A stretch of 63,722 bases of DNA, the filler included, from Vannella sp. (taxonomy: Eukaryota): assembly GCA_023345925.1 (NCBI GenBank). It is 5 parts of 5 records of this genome, joined end to end, with 100 filler letters (N's around TTAATTAATTAA, not from the genome) between each part and the next. Parts side by side here need not be neighbours in the genome. Positions count along the whole stretch, not along the records: positions 1 to 8,346 come from JAJQQN010001156.1; positions 8,447 to 38,836 come from JAJQQN010000041.1; 3 more parts are not named here. One strand, written 5' to 3'. This document shows positions 1 through 11,900 of the stretch, in pieces (positions within the stretch are counted from its first letter, which is position 1; every line of letters begins with the position of its first letter). The position numbers and the translations under genes are program-made. The notes beneath the pieces were generated by a model. That model made no database searches, was not told the DNA's origin, and saw only the letters and a program-made list of their open reading frames with translations.

Positions 1-260
1 CGTAGCCTTCATCGTAGCCCTCCTCAGCATATCCTTCATCGTAGCCCTCCTCAGCATATCCTTCATCGTAGCCCTCCTCAGCGTATCCTTCGTCGTATCC
101 TTCCTCAGCGTAGCCTTCATCATAGCCTTCCTCAGCGTAGCCCTCTTCGGCGTAGGCTTCCTCAGCGTAGCCTTCTTCGGCGTAAGCTTCCTCAGCATAG
201 CCCTCATCGGCATATTCTTCTTCGGCATAAGCTTCCTCAGCATAGCCTTCATCGTAACCT
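1..260 (-). repeat. Coding tandem repeat encoding E-E-G-Y-A / D-E-G-Y units
   Basis: Recurrent tagccctcctcagca / tagccttcatcg units on the + strand. Confidence 0.85.
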
Positions 261-1253
261 TGGTCAGAGACAGCCATTGAAGAGAACTGCTCATCGGGAG
301 TATCGTAGGTGATGGAAGCAGTTGGCTCAGGAGCAACGAAAGTTGACTTGGGGGCGTTGGCGGACTGCACATCAGAAGAAGCAACTCCACCCTTGTTGAC
401 AACATCAGAACCAGAGACAGCATTCAGAGCGCCAGGAGCGAAGGTACCACGGGCAGCCTTGTTGATGCCCTTAGCAGCTCGTGCAGCCTTAGGGGCTTTG
501 AGGGCATTTTGCATCTCAACGGAGGCTACTTGAGTGTGGGAGGCCTTAGGCACGTGAGCATTACAGTAGGGCTTCTTCTGGAAAGACATGACAGTCTTGA
601 TGTTGAGTGTGATTCCACATTCTCCACACTTCAAGCAGCCCTTATGCCAGCGACCGGAGCAAGCCACGATCTCCTCATTCTGGTAAACGGTCTTGTCACA
701 ACCAGGGCACTTGTTACCACCACCACCGACAGCAGCAGTGTTCTAAAATAAGGGGTGTTAGTGGACCATGAGTGGCAAGTTTTAGGATGTTACTTACAGG
801 TCCTCGATAACCTCCAGCAGCGGGGGCTGCAGCACCGCGGGGAGCAGCGCCACCGCGAGCAGCGCCGGGTGCACCACGAGGGGCTCCTCCAGCACCACCA
901 CGAGGGGCACCACCTGCACCACCTGCACCACCACGTGGACCAGGGGCGAAGGTCATGCGAGCATCCTTGGAGACACCCTGGACTTTGCCAGCAGCCTTAG
1001 GAGCGGACAAGGCGCTCTGCATGGTGACAGAGGCGACTTGAGTGTGGCCAACCTTGGGCACATGAGTGTTGCAGTAAGGCTTGCTTTGGTGGGAGATGCA
1101 AGTCTTCAAGTTGAGGGTGATTCCGCACTCGGCGCACTTCAAGCATCCCTTATGGTAGGTTCCGTTGGCAGCACGGATAGCCTCGTTAGGGTAAACGGTC
1201 TTTGCGCAAGATGTGCACTTGTTGGCCTTTCCGTCGTTTGGTACAAAGGACAT
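1..1253 (-). CDS. Two-LIM-domain protein with Gly/Arg linker and acidic Tyr-rich repeat tail (3' end truncated by window edge)
   Basis: LIM1 CTSC..HKGCLKCAEC..YCNTH. After a GT-AG intron (~744-797), LIM2 CPGC..HKGCLKCGEC..YCNAH, followed by EEGY(A/D) repeats. Confidence 0.85.
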
Positions 1254-1412
1254 GATATGAAGTGGAGAAATATGTTCAGTTGGGCATTGAAAAGGGCAAA
1301 CTCCCATTGGCTCCTTTCAGATATTTCGTGCTTATTGATTGGGTCCCCGAATGTCCCTCACAAAAACGGGAATTGCTAATGATAATAGGGATTCTCCAAT
1401 ACAATTTACAAT

Positions 1413-2947
1413 TCAATGATTAATTGATGAGGAAGTGCGCCTCCTTCGTTGAGCGCCTGGGTCCGAATTGGGAGCACGGAGAGAAGCGATCCTCATCTTC
1501 TCCAGTTCTGCAGAGAGGACCTCAAAAGAGGGCCTTTTGTCTTGATCAAGAGAGCAGCATTGGAATATCAACTTGATGAAGCTCTTAGGGGCAGTGGGGA
1601 ACAGCAGGTTCTGGACTTCCACCATGTCCAGTGTCATTTCCTGTGTTCTCGGAAGATCCTCTGCCTTTTGAAGAGTTGCAACCTCTGCCAAAACGATTCC
1701 AAACGAGTATACATCTACTTTCTCGGTGTAGACTCTTCCCATCAGCATTTCCTGAGTAACAGTGAGACCCAGAAGAGAAATCAAAGGGCAAACTCACAGG
1801 CGCCATCCATGCCCAGTTACCAGCTTGAGACATTCTTATTCCTGTCTCTGGAACACGAGCGAGTCCAAAGTCTGCAACCTTAAGGGAAGAACCTGAGACC
1901 TACCCAAGGTTAGATCTCTCAAAGCCAAAAGGTGGCGGGCCTCGCACCAATAGGTTGTTGGATTTGATATCGCGGTGAACGATTTTCTGTCCATGGAGAT
2001 ACGCCATACCACTGGCAGCATCGTGACAGTACTGAATCATCTGCACCCAATCGACAACTCCGTCTGCTGCCGTTTCGTCCAGAGCGTCTCTGAGGCAACC
2101 GCCATTCATAAACTCAGTCTTGGGATATAGAGTCAATCAACAGTGCTCACAAACGACACTCTCAACTTACAACAATGCAAAGGTTGTCTTTCTGAAGGCA
2201 GGCCCCAACAAAAAGGACAATATTTGGGTGTCGAAGCGACCTGAAGCGAAAGGATGAGGCAAAGACAAGCACTCCCCGAGACGTACTTCATGAATTCCAG
2301 CTCTCGATTAAAGAGCACCTCTCGCTCAGTGTCTTTCATTCCCTTCGCAAGGATCCTCTTTACGGCGACGATCGTACCCCGAAAGGAGGCTTTGAAGACC
2401 TCCCCGAAGGCTCCAATACCAACACGGTAAAGCAGTTTGAGCTCTTGATAGTTGATTCTCCACAGGGCTTGAGAGGGAACTTTAACCATCCTTTGCATGA
2501 AGGGTTCTATGACGGCATTGAGCAACAGCAATGGAGTAGTTAATCATTCTTACCTTGGTAGGGGTGGCAAGGAGAGTGAGGGGTAAGGGAGTGGTCGGAA
2601 AAGGTGCAAGTCTCCAAGTGCAACGAGAGTTCACCGAGAGGGACAACTACTCGACATCCAGAGCGACTGGAAGCTAGATAAGATGGACAGTGTACCTTAA
2701 GGTGTCCAATCACAGCCACTAGCACATGATTGGGGAAGAAAGGACCGGACAGCATGGCCGTACATATCGGACACTCCTGCTCAAGAACCTCCTCCTCCTC
2801 CGGTCGTGGTTCATCTGCATGTAAACACGTTCGACAAAAGCTGTGCCCACACTTTGCCACAACAGGGTCCTGGAGGACTCCTTGGTGGAAGGGACAACGA
2901 AGTTCCTCTGGTAAGGGGTCCACAAAGAGAAGGGCGAGGTCGTCCAT
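1413..2947 (-). CDS. RING + TRAF-type zinc finger fused to a tyrosine-kinase-like (TKL) protein kinase, 5 introns
   Basis: CPFH..CGHSFCRTC..CPIC, LKVHC..C..HLETC; GIGAFGEV, VAVK, HRDIKSNN, DFG, WMAPE, DVYSFG joined across GT-AG introns. Confidence 0.9.
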
Positions 2948-3036
2948 GATAACAAAAAGTGAATTTTATTCGTCATTCCTTCCGTCATTGCCATTCCACG
3001 TAAACAATCATTTCCTGGTGGCTTTTTGCGGCAAGA

Positions 3037-3501
3037 ATGGCAGAGTAATCGCGCTCTTTGCTTCCCTTTTGTGTTGCACTGACGTGGTCGGTGCTGAACA
3101 GTCCAAAGTCAAGAGAGGCGCAGATTCGCACGACGATTAACCAGCGATTCATTGAGACCAACGAGAAGGAGAGGCTTAAGGATCTTCTCCGCTCTCGGTT
3201 GGTGGAGTGTGGTTGGAGGGATGAGATGAAGACCTATTGTAGAGGTAAGATCATCCAGATGGAATATACCGAAGATGGGAGGTGAACGAGCTCGCAGAGA
3301 TAACAAATGTCCGCGAGAATGTTTCAGCGGAGGAGCTTGTTGCTGAGATCACACCCAAAGGACGAGGTGAGCTCCCTCTGACTACACTGGAAGTCTCTGA
3401 TTGTATCTGTGACAGCCCAAATCCCTGAAGAGGTCCGCCTCGAAGTTCTCCAGCAAATCAAACTGTTTTTGCGTGACGCTTCCCTGGAAATGACCAAATA
3501 G
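3037..3501 (+). CDS. ENY2: ENY2/Sus1 transcription and mRNA export factor, 3 introns
   Basis: ETNEKERLKDLLRSRLVECGWRDEMKTYCR...[31 protein letters not shown]. Confidence 0.9.
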
Positions 3502-3669
3502 ATCCCCTGCTGGACCAGAGAGCTTTCCTACAGTTACAGACAAGCTGGATTAGCTAGTGTTCGTGTCACACTCAATGAGCAGGTGGCAGAGGAACAGGGT
3601 TCAGCAATGAAGCAGAACCAGCATGGGAATCAGTGAAGGAAAGTAAGTACATTGGATAAATAATAGCAT

Positions 3670-4398
3670 CTACAGGACAGGCGTGAGGTAAGTGGCAGAG
3701 AGCTGGCAACAGAACGGGGTCAGGAGAGCGAAGATCGTCATGAAGATCGAAGGAGGAACAAAGTTTGCACAGGGAGATGCTCGCCACGTCGAGACTACCT
3801 TGTCTTCGTCCCCAGAAGGAAGAAGTGTAACTGTGGAGAAGATTGCGCAGTAAAGTCCTACGGACCCGCTCATGATGAGTCCCTCGATCCAGAACTCAGG
3901 GAGATAGACCAAGCCCAGCAAGATGAAGACCACCCATACGATTCCAATAGGGAGGGCTACCTTGTTGCTTGTATCCATCTGTCTTTGAAGGTGAGAGCCG
4001 ACGTACGACGGGATTCCTCCCGCATGGTAGCGAGCTGAAGCTCCCTCGAAAGCCACGTTCTCGATAACTCCATAGCGAGTACGAAGGATTTGACGGAACC
4101 GGCTGCTAAAGAGGGTCAGGAGGATTCCCCTGAAGGTAACGTAGTACCCTGCAGCTAAGACTGCACAAAGGATCACAAGGTTCGTTATCTGGGAAGCCTT
4201 CAATGTGTAGCCAGCGAAAAGAACAGAGGAAACGAAGGCGGTGTAACCAGCATAGAGGGAGAGGTCTCGGTAATAGCACGACGCCTCAAAGAGAGCATCC
4301 CCACATCTCGACCTTAGGAAGTGCTCGCTTAGCTTAGTGACGAATACAGTGCAAAGTACGATAAGCCCAAAGGCTGCAAGGAGCTGTGCGATGAGCAT
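3670..4398 (-). CDS. Intronless multi-pass membrane protein, function unknown
   Basis: 242-aa ORF with about 6 hydrophobic segments that fills the gap between two genes. Confidence 0.6.
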   Translation of the reverse strand: MLIAQLLAAFGLIVLCTVFVTKLSEHFLRSRCGDALFEASCYYRDLSLYAGYTAFVSSVLFAGYTLKASQITNLVILCAVLAAGYYVTFRGILLTLFSSRFRQILRTRYGVIENVAFEGASARYHAGGIPSYVGSHLQRQMDTSNKVALPIGIVWVVFILLGLVYLPEFWIEGLIMSGSVGLYCAIFSTVTLLPSGDEDKVVSTWRASPCANFVPPSIFMTIFALLTPFCCQLSATYLTPVL

Positions 4399-4774
4399 GG
4401 AGAGGGAGAAAATGAAATAACTAGAAAGCAGGCTTGATATTTGGAGTTTCAAGAAAAGATCTATGATGATCGCGATCTATGTCCCGATAAGGATCTTTGA
4501 CCAAAGTCGGTGGTTCTGTTGTCCTGTTTTGATTTTCGGGTTGTGTGAATCATCGCTGAGACCAGATCAACTCCACTGTTGCTAATGAGATGTTGGCGGA
4601 TAAATGTTTATGTTACGTATCTACGATTGATAGCTCTGTCCGCAGGCCGTTTTCCTTGCCTTTCTCCCTGAGTAACCCGAAGACCCTGTAAGATTGCCAT
4701 GCTTCTCTCAATTAATGAGAATAATCCTAAAAATAACGGCGAGCCTCCAGTTTTTCTCTTTGGTCTGCGCGTGG

Positions 4775-7046
4775 ATGGTGGACAACACCGCCTACTGGAA
4801 CGTAGACAAACATGACGACTCTCTTTGGGAAGATGTGCAGAAGAAGGTACACAAATCATACACGTTCAGTCACATGAGAGGGCTGACAAGTACATGCAGA
4901 CGTTTTGTGGGTGGGTGAACATGCACTTAGCAAAGAGGAAACTTCGCGTGAACAATCTCGAGGAAGACTTTAAGGATGGTGTGAAGCTTATTGTCTTGTT
5001 GGAAGAGCTCAACGGCGAGAAGATTGAGGGGCGCTACTACAAGAACCCCAAGAGCAAGCCTTACATGCTTGACAACCTCCACTTCGCCCTCAACATTATC
5101 ACTGATGTATTTGGAGTCAAGCTCATTCAGTGCAGCGCTGAGGGTAAGGTTCTCCATTCGCAACCTCTTTGAGGAGACTAACCGAGTTCGTCGTGGACGT
5201 GGGTCAGATATTGTGGATGGAAACGTGAAGATCATATTGGGAATGCTATGGAGACTCATTAACCGCTTCCAACTGCCAGCAGAGAACTCGCGAACTTGGC
5301 TCCTTAATTGGTGTAGCGAGGTGACAACGGACTACAAGGGGGTCTCCATCCGGAACTTCCATTCCAGGTGCGTTCCTTCGGACTTGCATACCTCTGTACT
5401 AACTATTGATGACCGGGATAGCTTCCAGGATGGATTAGGCTTCTGCGCGCTTGTGCACTACTACAATAACAGCTTCTTGGACTTTGAGAATCTCACTGCG
5501 GTAAGGAGTACGAAGGATAATCCTTTGATGATACTCAACCATCCTGTAGGAGGATGAAATCGGCAACTTGCGCCTCGCCTTCAACGTTGCTGAGGAACAG
5601 ATGGATATTCCCCAACTCTTGGACCCTTCTGATGTTTCCAAAGGTATCACTGATGAACGTAGTGTGATGACCTACGTGTCTATGATCCGCCGTGCGTATG
5701 AACAGAAGGATAACGGCGGCCTCTACAAAATGACACCATCCATTGGAGAGGTCAAGGAGCGTGTGGCCACTGAAGGGCGCGAGGGAGAAGACAATCAAAT
5801 CGAAGGACTGAAACAAGAGAACCACCGACTCACCCAGGAGGTTGCTTCCTTGAGAGAGAGCGTCTCCACTCTCACACAAGAGAATGAGTCGCTAAAGAAC
5901 ACCAACCGAACCCTCAAGGCTCAGATTGAGACTGAAATGGGTGACGAATCTTCTGGAGAAGAGACTCATTTGATACCAACAACACAAAGGGCTGACATTG
6001 CTGTATTCAATCCCACCCAAGACGACTCACGCTCTGTCGTACAGGAGGAGGCTTCCGTGGATGGCACAGAAGACACTGAGGAGGATTCTGACACTGAAAG
6101 TAGGACTGTTGAGGTTACTCAAATCGACGAGAGTGAACCGTCCCTTCCAGATCTCGATACGATTGAAGAACGAAAGGTTGTTGTGGAGGCCAAACAGCCA
6201 CAAGCGGAAGCCAAGCCTGAAGCTAAAGAGCCAGAGAAAGAGGTAACAAAGAGAATCGAAGAACCTGTGACTGAGGAGCCCAAGAAGGTTGAGAAACCCA
6301 AGAAGGCTATGCCGGTTCCAACGATCGTTGTCGACGATTTCCAGGAACCTGAGGTTGCAACACCTGAAGTGACTACAGCACCTGAAGATGTAGCTGAGCC
6401 TGTCAGCCGTGACATCAGCCCTGCGCCTGTCGATACGGTCAATGAGGAGGAAGAGCCGGAGACAGAGAAGCTCAAATCTCTCGGAGAAGAGGGAGAGGAC
6501 CCCGAGACGAAGGGGAAGATGGACAAAAAGATCAAGAAGCAGTCTCGCATCATCTACCAGCTCCAGAATGCCAATGCTGAGCTCACAAAGGAGATTGATG
6601 ACACAAGAGAGAAGCTTCTGCAGCAGGTGAAGGTCAGTGAGACACTCCAGAAGAACTTAGAAGACACCAGAGAGGAGATTGCCATTGTCCAAAAGAAGCA
6701 GAAGAAGGCTCAGGACAAAAACATGAAGAAGGTCCAACGGAGGTCGGAGAAGAAGGTTCTTCGTCGCGAGAAGGAGATTGAAGCACTCAAGAGCACGCAC
6801 CAAACAGAGCTACAGAAGAAGATCTCTGAGATTGAGACGCTACGCCGTCAGCTCAAGAAGATTCAGGAGGCTCTCGGAGGTAGCGTTGCTCCCCAATCTG
6901 CCATCATCGAAGCCGATGTCCAGGCCCTTCAGGCTGAAAAGGATGACATCTTAGCTATGGTCAAGCTCTTCGAAGAGGAAGAGATTGTAATGGAAGCCCG
7001 CGCTCGCAAGGAACGCGAAGAGGCCGAGGAATACGCGGACTTGTAA
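4775..7046 (+). CDS. Actin-binding protein with tandem calponin-homology domains and acidic/coiled-coil tail
   Basis: WEDVQKK|TFCGWVNMHL..DFKDGVKLIVLLEEL..DIVDGNVKIILGMLWRLI..SFQDGLGFCALVH..DERSVMTYVS; EK-rich C-terminus. Confidence 0.9.
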
Positions 7047-7105
7047 GCTCTCTCCTTTCTGACCAAGTAAACACCCGTTTTATAACCATAAAGCCACTCC
7101 ATATC

Positions 7106-8228
7106 TCAATCTGCGTGCTCTTCCTTGCTGTGAGCGATGCTCTCGAAGAGGAGGACTACCATGGCCTCCAAACAGAAGCCAAGGAGCAGAGCCGCGGTTT
7201 TCCACCACTTGTCACGTGTGATCATGAACTCCTCCACTAAGATGTCCACGATGGCTACATACAGGAAGCTTCCAGCAGCTATCGCCGTGCAGTAAGCTTC
7301 CAGAGTCTTTCCTCCTTGTTCAGCAAGAATGGCTCTGATCACTGATCCAGCCAGGATACCAATCGGGGCCATGACGGAGAAGAACACCACAAGAAGGACC
7401 ATTGGCCTTCTATGGACGGAAGCGCGAAGCAAGTTGACTCCCAGGGCGAAGGATTCCACCCAGTGATGAGAGACAAGAGCCACAAAGACTAGAAGAGCGG
7501 ACGTGCTACTGTCATCAAGACCGATGACGAACCCTGTCGGGGTGGTTAGATGGAGAGAGGGGGACAGGGGTAGCTCACCAGCGAGTACAGAGTGGAAGGA
7601 TAAGACTGCAACTAAGATGTAGTTGGAGACGGAAGGCTTGCCATCCTCGCTGATGTTGAGGCCATGGCTATGTCCATGTCCACCGTAGGAGTGTCGTGAG
7701 TGGGTATGGTCCCCTTCCCTCGGTTCCTCGGTGGGAAGATCGCTGTTGCTGACATGCCGGTGATGATGACCCTGCTCAAGGTCAGTCCTTGAAAGTGGAA
7801 TGACTACGCGCGTACATTCCGTTCTTGCTCTTCCTTGTCTTCTAAGTGAGGATCTTCGTGAAGGAAGAGGACCTTATCGATGATAAACGTCAGGAAGAAG
7901 CCAACCGGGGCCAAAAGGAAGGCGGGGTTGGTCACATGAAGGTCGTAGAGATCCTCGAACAAATGGATCGATTCACTAAACAGATGAACCAGTCCTGCTG
8001 CCAAGAAGATACCAGCAGCTAGGGCGTTGCAAACTCCCAGGACTGCACGCTTCGTGAGAAAGAAGTCCCCAACCCGCGTTGAGACCCACCCCTCGTTCGA
8101 ATGCGTATCGGTATGTTGCCAGTTGCTAGTGGCAGCAATCCAAACACTAAACCCAGGATCAACACCAAAGTCGCCATTACTAACTTGGTGCCGAACAACA
8201 CCCAGTTGTTCCCCTCATCAACGCCCAT
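7106..8228 (-). CDS. ZIP-family zinc/iron transporter with His-rich loop
   Basis: GIFLAAGLVHL, SFHSVLAG, ALVSHHWVESFALG, AIAAGSFLYVA; HGHSHG loop. Confidence 0.9.
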
Positions 8229-8346
8229 CCAAGGCTCGCGAAGGTTACGATGATTGTTTAAATTGGACCAAATTTTCGTTGCTAAATAGCTTTCAAAAGT
8301 CCTTTTTTCTTGGCTGTCCGGCGCAGGCCACGCTCTCGCTGCGTCG

Positions 8347-8446
8347 NNNNNNNNNNNNNNNNNNNNNNNNNNNNNNNNNNNNNNNNNNNNTTAATTAATT
8401 AANNNNNNNNNNNNNNNNNNNNNNNNNNNNNNNNNNNNNNNNNNNN
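8347..8446. other. Artificial contig spacer (identical ones at 38837-38936, 46902-47001, 58975-59074)
   Basis: 100-nt N block with central TTAATTAATTAA (stops in six frames), present four times. Confidence 0.98.
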
Positions 8447-8557
8447 ACCAACCCCACAAATTCATATTTATTACACTTTTCGCTTCCAGGTGACTCTTCA
8501 TGGAACCCTCTTCATTTTCTCAGTCGCGGGATAGAGAGAGTTCACTGCCCCACAAAA

Positions 8558-8766
8558 CCACGTCCGCTGGCCCTGGTTGTAAAGTGCCTCTAAATTCGAT
8601 CGGGACCTTTACCAATGGACTTTTATGGGTTTTAGTCGGGGTAATTTTGGCTCATTTGACCATCCCTCCAAACGAGGGAAAAGTAACCCTCTTTAAAACA
8701 TATAAAACCATCATTTGGATCGGTGCCAGTCGAATTTAGAAGCACTTTCAACGGCCAGGGACGTGG
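8558..8766. mobile_element. MITE-like non-coding element with imperfect ~45-50 bp inverted repeats
   Basis: Left CCACGTCCgCTGGCCctgGTTGtAAAGTGCcTCTAAATTCGA versus right TCGAATTTAGAAGCACTTTCAACGGCCAGGGACGTGG; partial copies at ~25934 and ~61191. Confidence 0.55.
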
Positions 8767-8780
8767 GAGGTCATTGAAGC

Positions 8781-8802
8781 AACCCCTAAACCCTAAACCC
8801 TA
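8781..8802. repeat. Short interstitial CCCTAAA telomere-like tract
   Basis: AACCCCTAAACCCTAAACCCTA. Confidence 0.7.
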
Positions 8803-8925
8803 CATGCTAGTGAAGCCCACCTTCTCACCCACTTGGCCCACTTGGCCCACTTTCCAGGGAGGCCAAACACAAAAAACTGGCCAAAAAGCTCATCCTGAAG
8901 AATTATTTGCCGCGGTCCCTCCACG

Positions 8926-11900
8926 ATGGCCTCCAAGGCGGCCAGCAAAGTGGGCAAAGTGGGTGAGAAGGTGGGCAAGAAGGTGGGTAAGAAGGCCACC
9001 AAAGCCTTTGAGAAGAAACCAGGCCCGGGTCCGGCTCGTATTGGTGACGATGTCTCTCGCAAAGGACAACAGAAGAAGAAGGGTCTGCAGATTCACTTCT
9101 GCGTCAAGGTGCGACGTGTTACTCAGATTGAGGACCAGTACTGTGATAAGCCAGTGTACGTTCTCTACTCCAATGGAAAGGACCGAGAGAGGAATCGCGT
9201 GTCTTCGGAGCGGATGGGTGTTACTCGAGGTATCGCCATCGTCCCCAAGGAGCACGCCTCGTACGATTTCGACGTGATTCTTCGTCCTTGGGAAGAAGAG
9301 GTGGGCGAAGACGAGGTCCCCTGGCGCCCGCATCCCGTCTTCTTCTCGCTTCGAAGAGAGCGCCCCATGACCGACGAGGAAGAGGAGGAACTGCGCCAGA
9401 AGATTGCCAAGCAGATGGAGAAGAAGAAGAAGAAGCCTGAGAAAGGCGGGAAGAACGCTCCTCCAGAGGACACGGAAGACGAAAACGTCCAAGAGCTTGA
9501 GAAACTTCTTCACAGCAAGATGAAGACGGAGATTATCGGTACCAAGGCCCAGCTGGACCTCGCCACCTACGCTGAGGATGGTTGCAACATCACTGAGGCC
9601 TTTGGTGTGGCGCATCCTCTTCCAAAGAAGAAGAAGAAGAAGAAGAAGGAGGACGGGTCCGACCCATTGGAGGACGATGCTCCAGAAGAGCCTCCAGTTG
9701 CTGCTGTCATGGCTTACAAGATGATGGTGAGCATCCAAGCCAAGTTCGTGCGCTACAAGGGCCGTATGATCAGCAAAGACCTCAACCAAGAGGGCGAGCG
9801 CGTCATGATTGGACGTGAGGAGTGGGTCTATGTCGAAGCACCTCCAGAGAGCGATGAAGAAGACGAATACGATGAGGATGATCCACTCGGCATTGGGCTG
9901 ACGGAAGAGGAGATCCAGCAACTCGAGCCGAAAGTGCGCGACAAGTTGATGAAGGACCTGGAGAAGAAGGAGAAGGCCCGCGCTAAGCTCCTAGCAGAAG
10001 CAGAGAAGGAAGAGGACAAGCTTATTCGCCAAGAGGAGAAGGAGCGAGAGCGAATGATCGCTCGGCAAGAACAGTTGGCCAAAGAAGAGAACCGTCGGCG
10101 GTCGCAAATGGACAAAGAGGGTGACCGCAAGAGAGACGAAGAGCTTGCTGCAGACAATGCACGTGCAGAACAAGCAGAGAGAGAGCTCCAGGACAAAGAG
10201 AAGCATTTTGAGGACTCTTTGGGTCGAGAATTAGAAGCAGACAAACTGGAGGCCAAACGCCTGGAGAAGGAGCGCCTTCGAAGAGAGAAGGAAGAGAAGA
10301 AACTTGCTTCCAAGAAGGGAAGCTCTCCCGTGAGCACACCCTCGCGAAAGAGCAAAGTTCTGTCCTCCTCCTCCAATGAGCAATTGTCGAGCAAATCCAC
10401 TCGTGCTGCTCTCGCTGCTGCACCTGTCCCTATGGACTTGGGGGGAGGAGGAGGGCCAGGCCCGCGTATGAAGATCACAGCTAGTGTGAGCATCAAGTTC
10501 TTGGAGGTGACAGGTTGCGACCGACGGGAGGGTAAAATGCTCTACCTCGCCTGGAGGCGTGGCGCAAAGAAGGAAAACACCGGAGAGACTTCTCGCGCTT
10601 TCTGTGAGAACGGACACGCTGACCTGGCAGATGCTAGCCCGCTGCATTTCACTTCCACGTTCCAAAAGTCGTCCAAGAAACAGCAGTTTGAAGAGAAGCC
10701 ACTCTCTCTAGCTCTGAAAGAAGATAGTGGAAAGAAGGGCACCCTTGTCGGAGATGTGACTGTGGATCTGGCAATGTATGCGCCCAAGTCCACAGAGAGT
10801 TTCTCACGAGAACTCGATGTTCCTATTCAGACCAAGTTGGGAGAGAAGCTCACTCTTCGTATGCTCTTGGAAATTGTCCCAGAAGGTGCTGCTACTCTTG
10901 TAGCTGATCCTTTGGCAATGACAAAAGCTCCTTCTGCAGTTCCATCAAACAAGAAGAATCTGGCAAAGGTGCGCTTCGTTATTCAGCCCAGAGATGTTGA
11001 TAAGCTGGATACAAGTGACCCGTACATCTTTATCAAATGGTCCCGAGGTGCTAAGAAGGAGAACTCTGGACAAACCCGTTCGATTCCTTGCACACTTTTG
11101 CCCGCAACATTCAATGACGATGAAACGCCAATGCGCATAACTAGCTCGATGGAGAAGAAAGGAAATGATCAATTCCACACCAAGAAGCTCTCACTCACTC
11201 TCTACAGCTCAAAGACAGCTGATGGGTCCAAAGCAAAGTCGCTTGGGAAAGTCAGCATTAACCTTGCTGACCATGCGAAGCACGAGCTGAAGGAGGAGGT
11301 TGCCACGTCATTTTTAAGTGGAAAGAAGACCGTGGCTACATTCACTTTGATCATTAGTGCCTCTTTCACTCAATACGAGGGCAAGCGCTTGACGGAGTTG
11401 CCCGCCGACACCAGTAGAGTCAACCCACAGCGGATTGTAGAAATCGAAGGCAATGATTACATGCTACAGACTGCAGATGACTGCTCCGAGATGTCTGAAA
11501 TCTCCAACGACTCTCTGGAGGATCCTGATAGTCAGGATGAAGTATCTGAAGCCAGCCGAGACGTTTTTGCGGAGGAAGAGCCTCCAATAGTGCCCACTCG
11601 ATCTCAGGAGAAGGTTACAAAGAGCGAAAGGTCCCCCAGCGCACCAAAGCCACTGCCAGATCAGAAAGAAAAGGAAAAGCCAGAAAAGAAGTCCACTGAG
11701 CGGTCTATTTCCACCTCAGGCAGCGCTGCCCCTCCCTCTCACGATGATTCAGAGTGGAAAGAGAAACTGGATCAATCCAAGAAAGAAGTAACTCGATTAC
11801 AGGAGACACTAGCGCGGGTGGAAGCCGAAAAGAAGGAGTCTGACAAAGAGTTAAAACAGATGATGGCGGATGCCAGTGAGTCGGAGCGGCTCAGTGCGTT

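Noticed and set aside
8347..8446. TTAATTAATTAA palindrome within N runs (four occurrences)
   Set aside because: Identical 100-nt artificial contig linkers, not biology.
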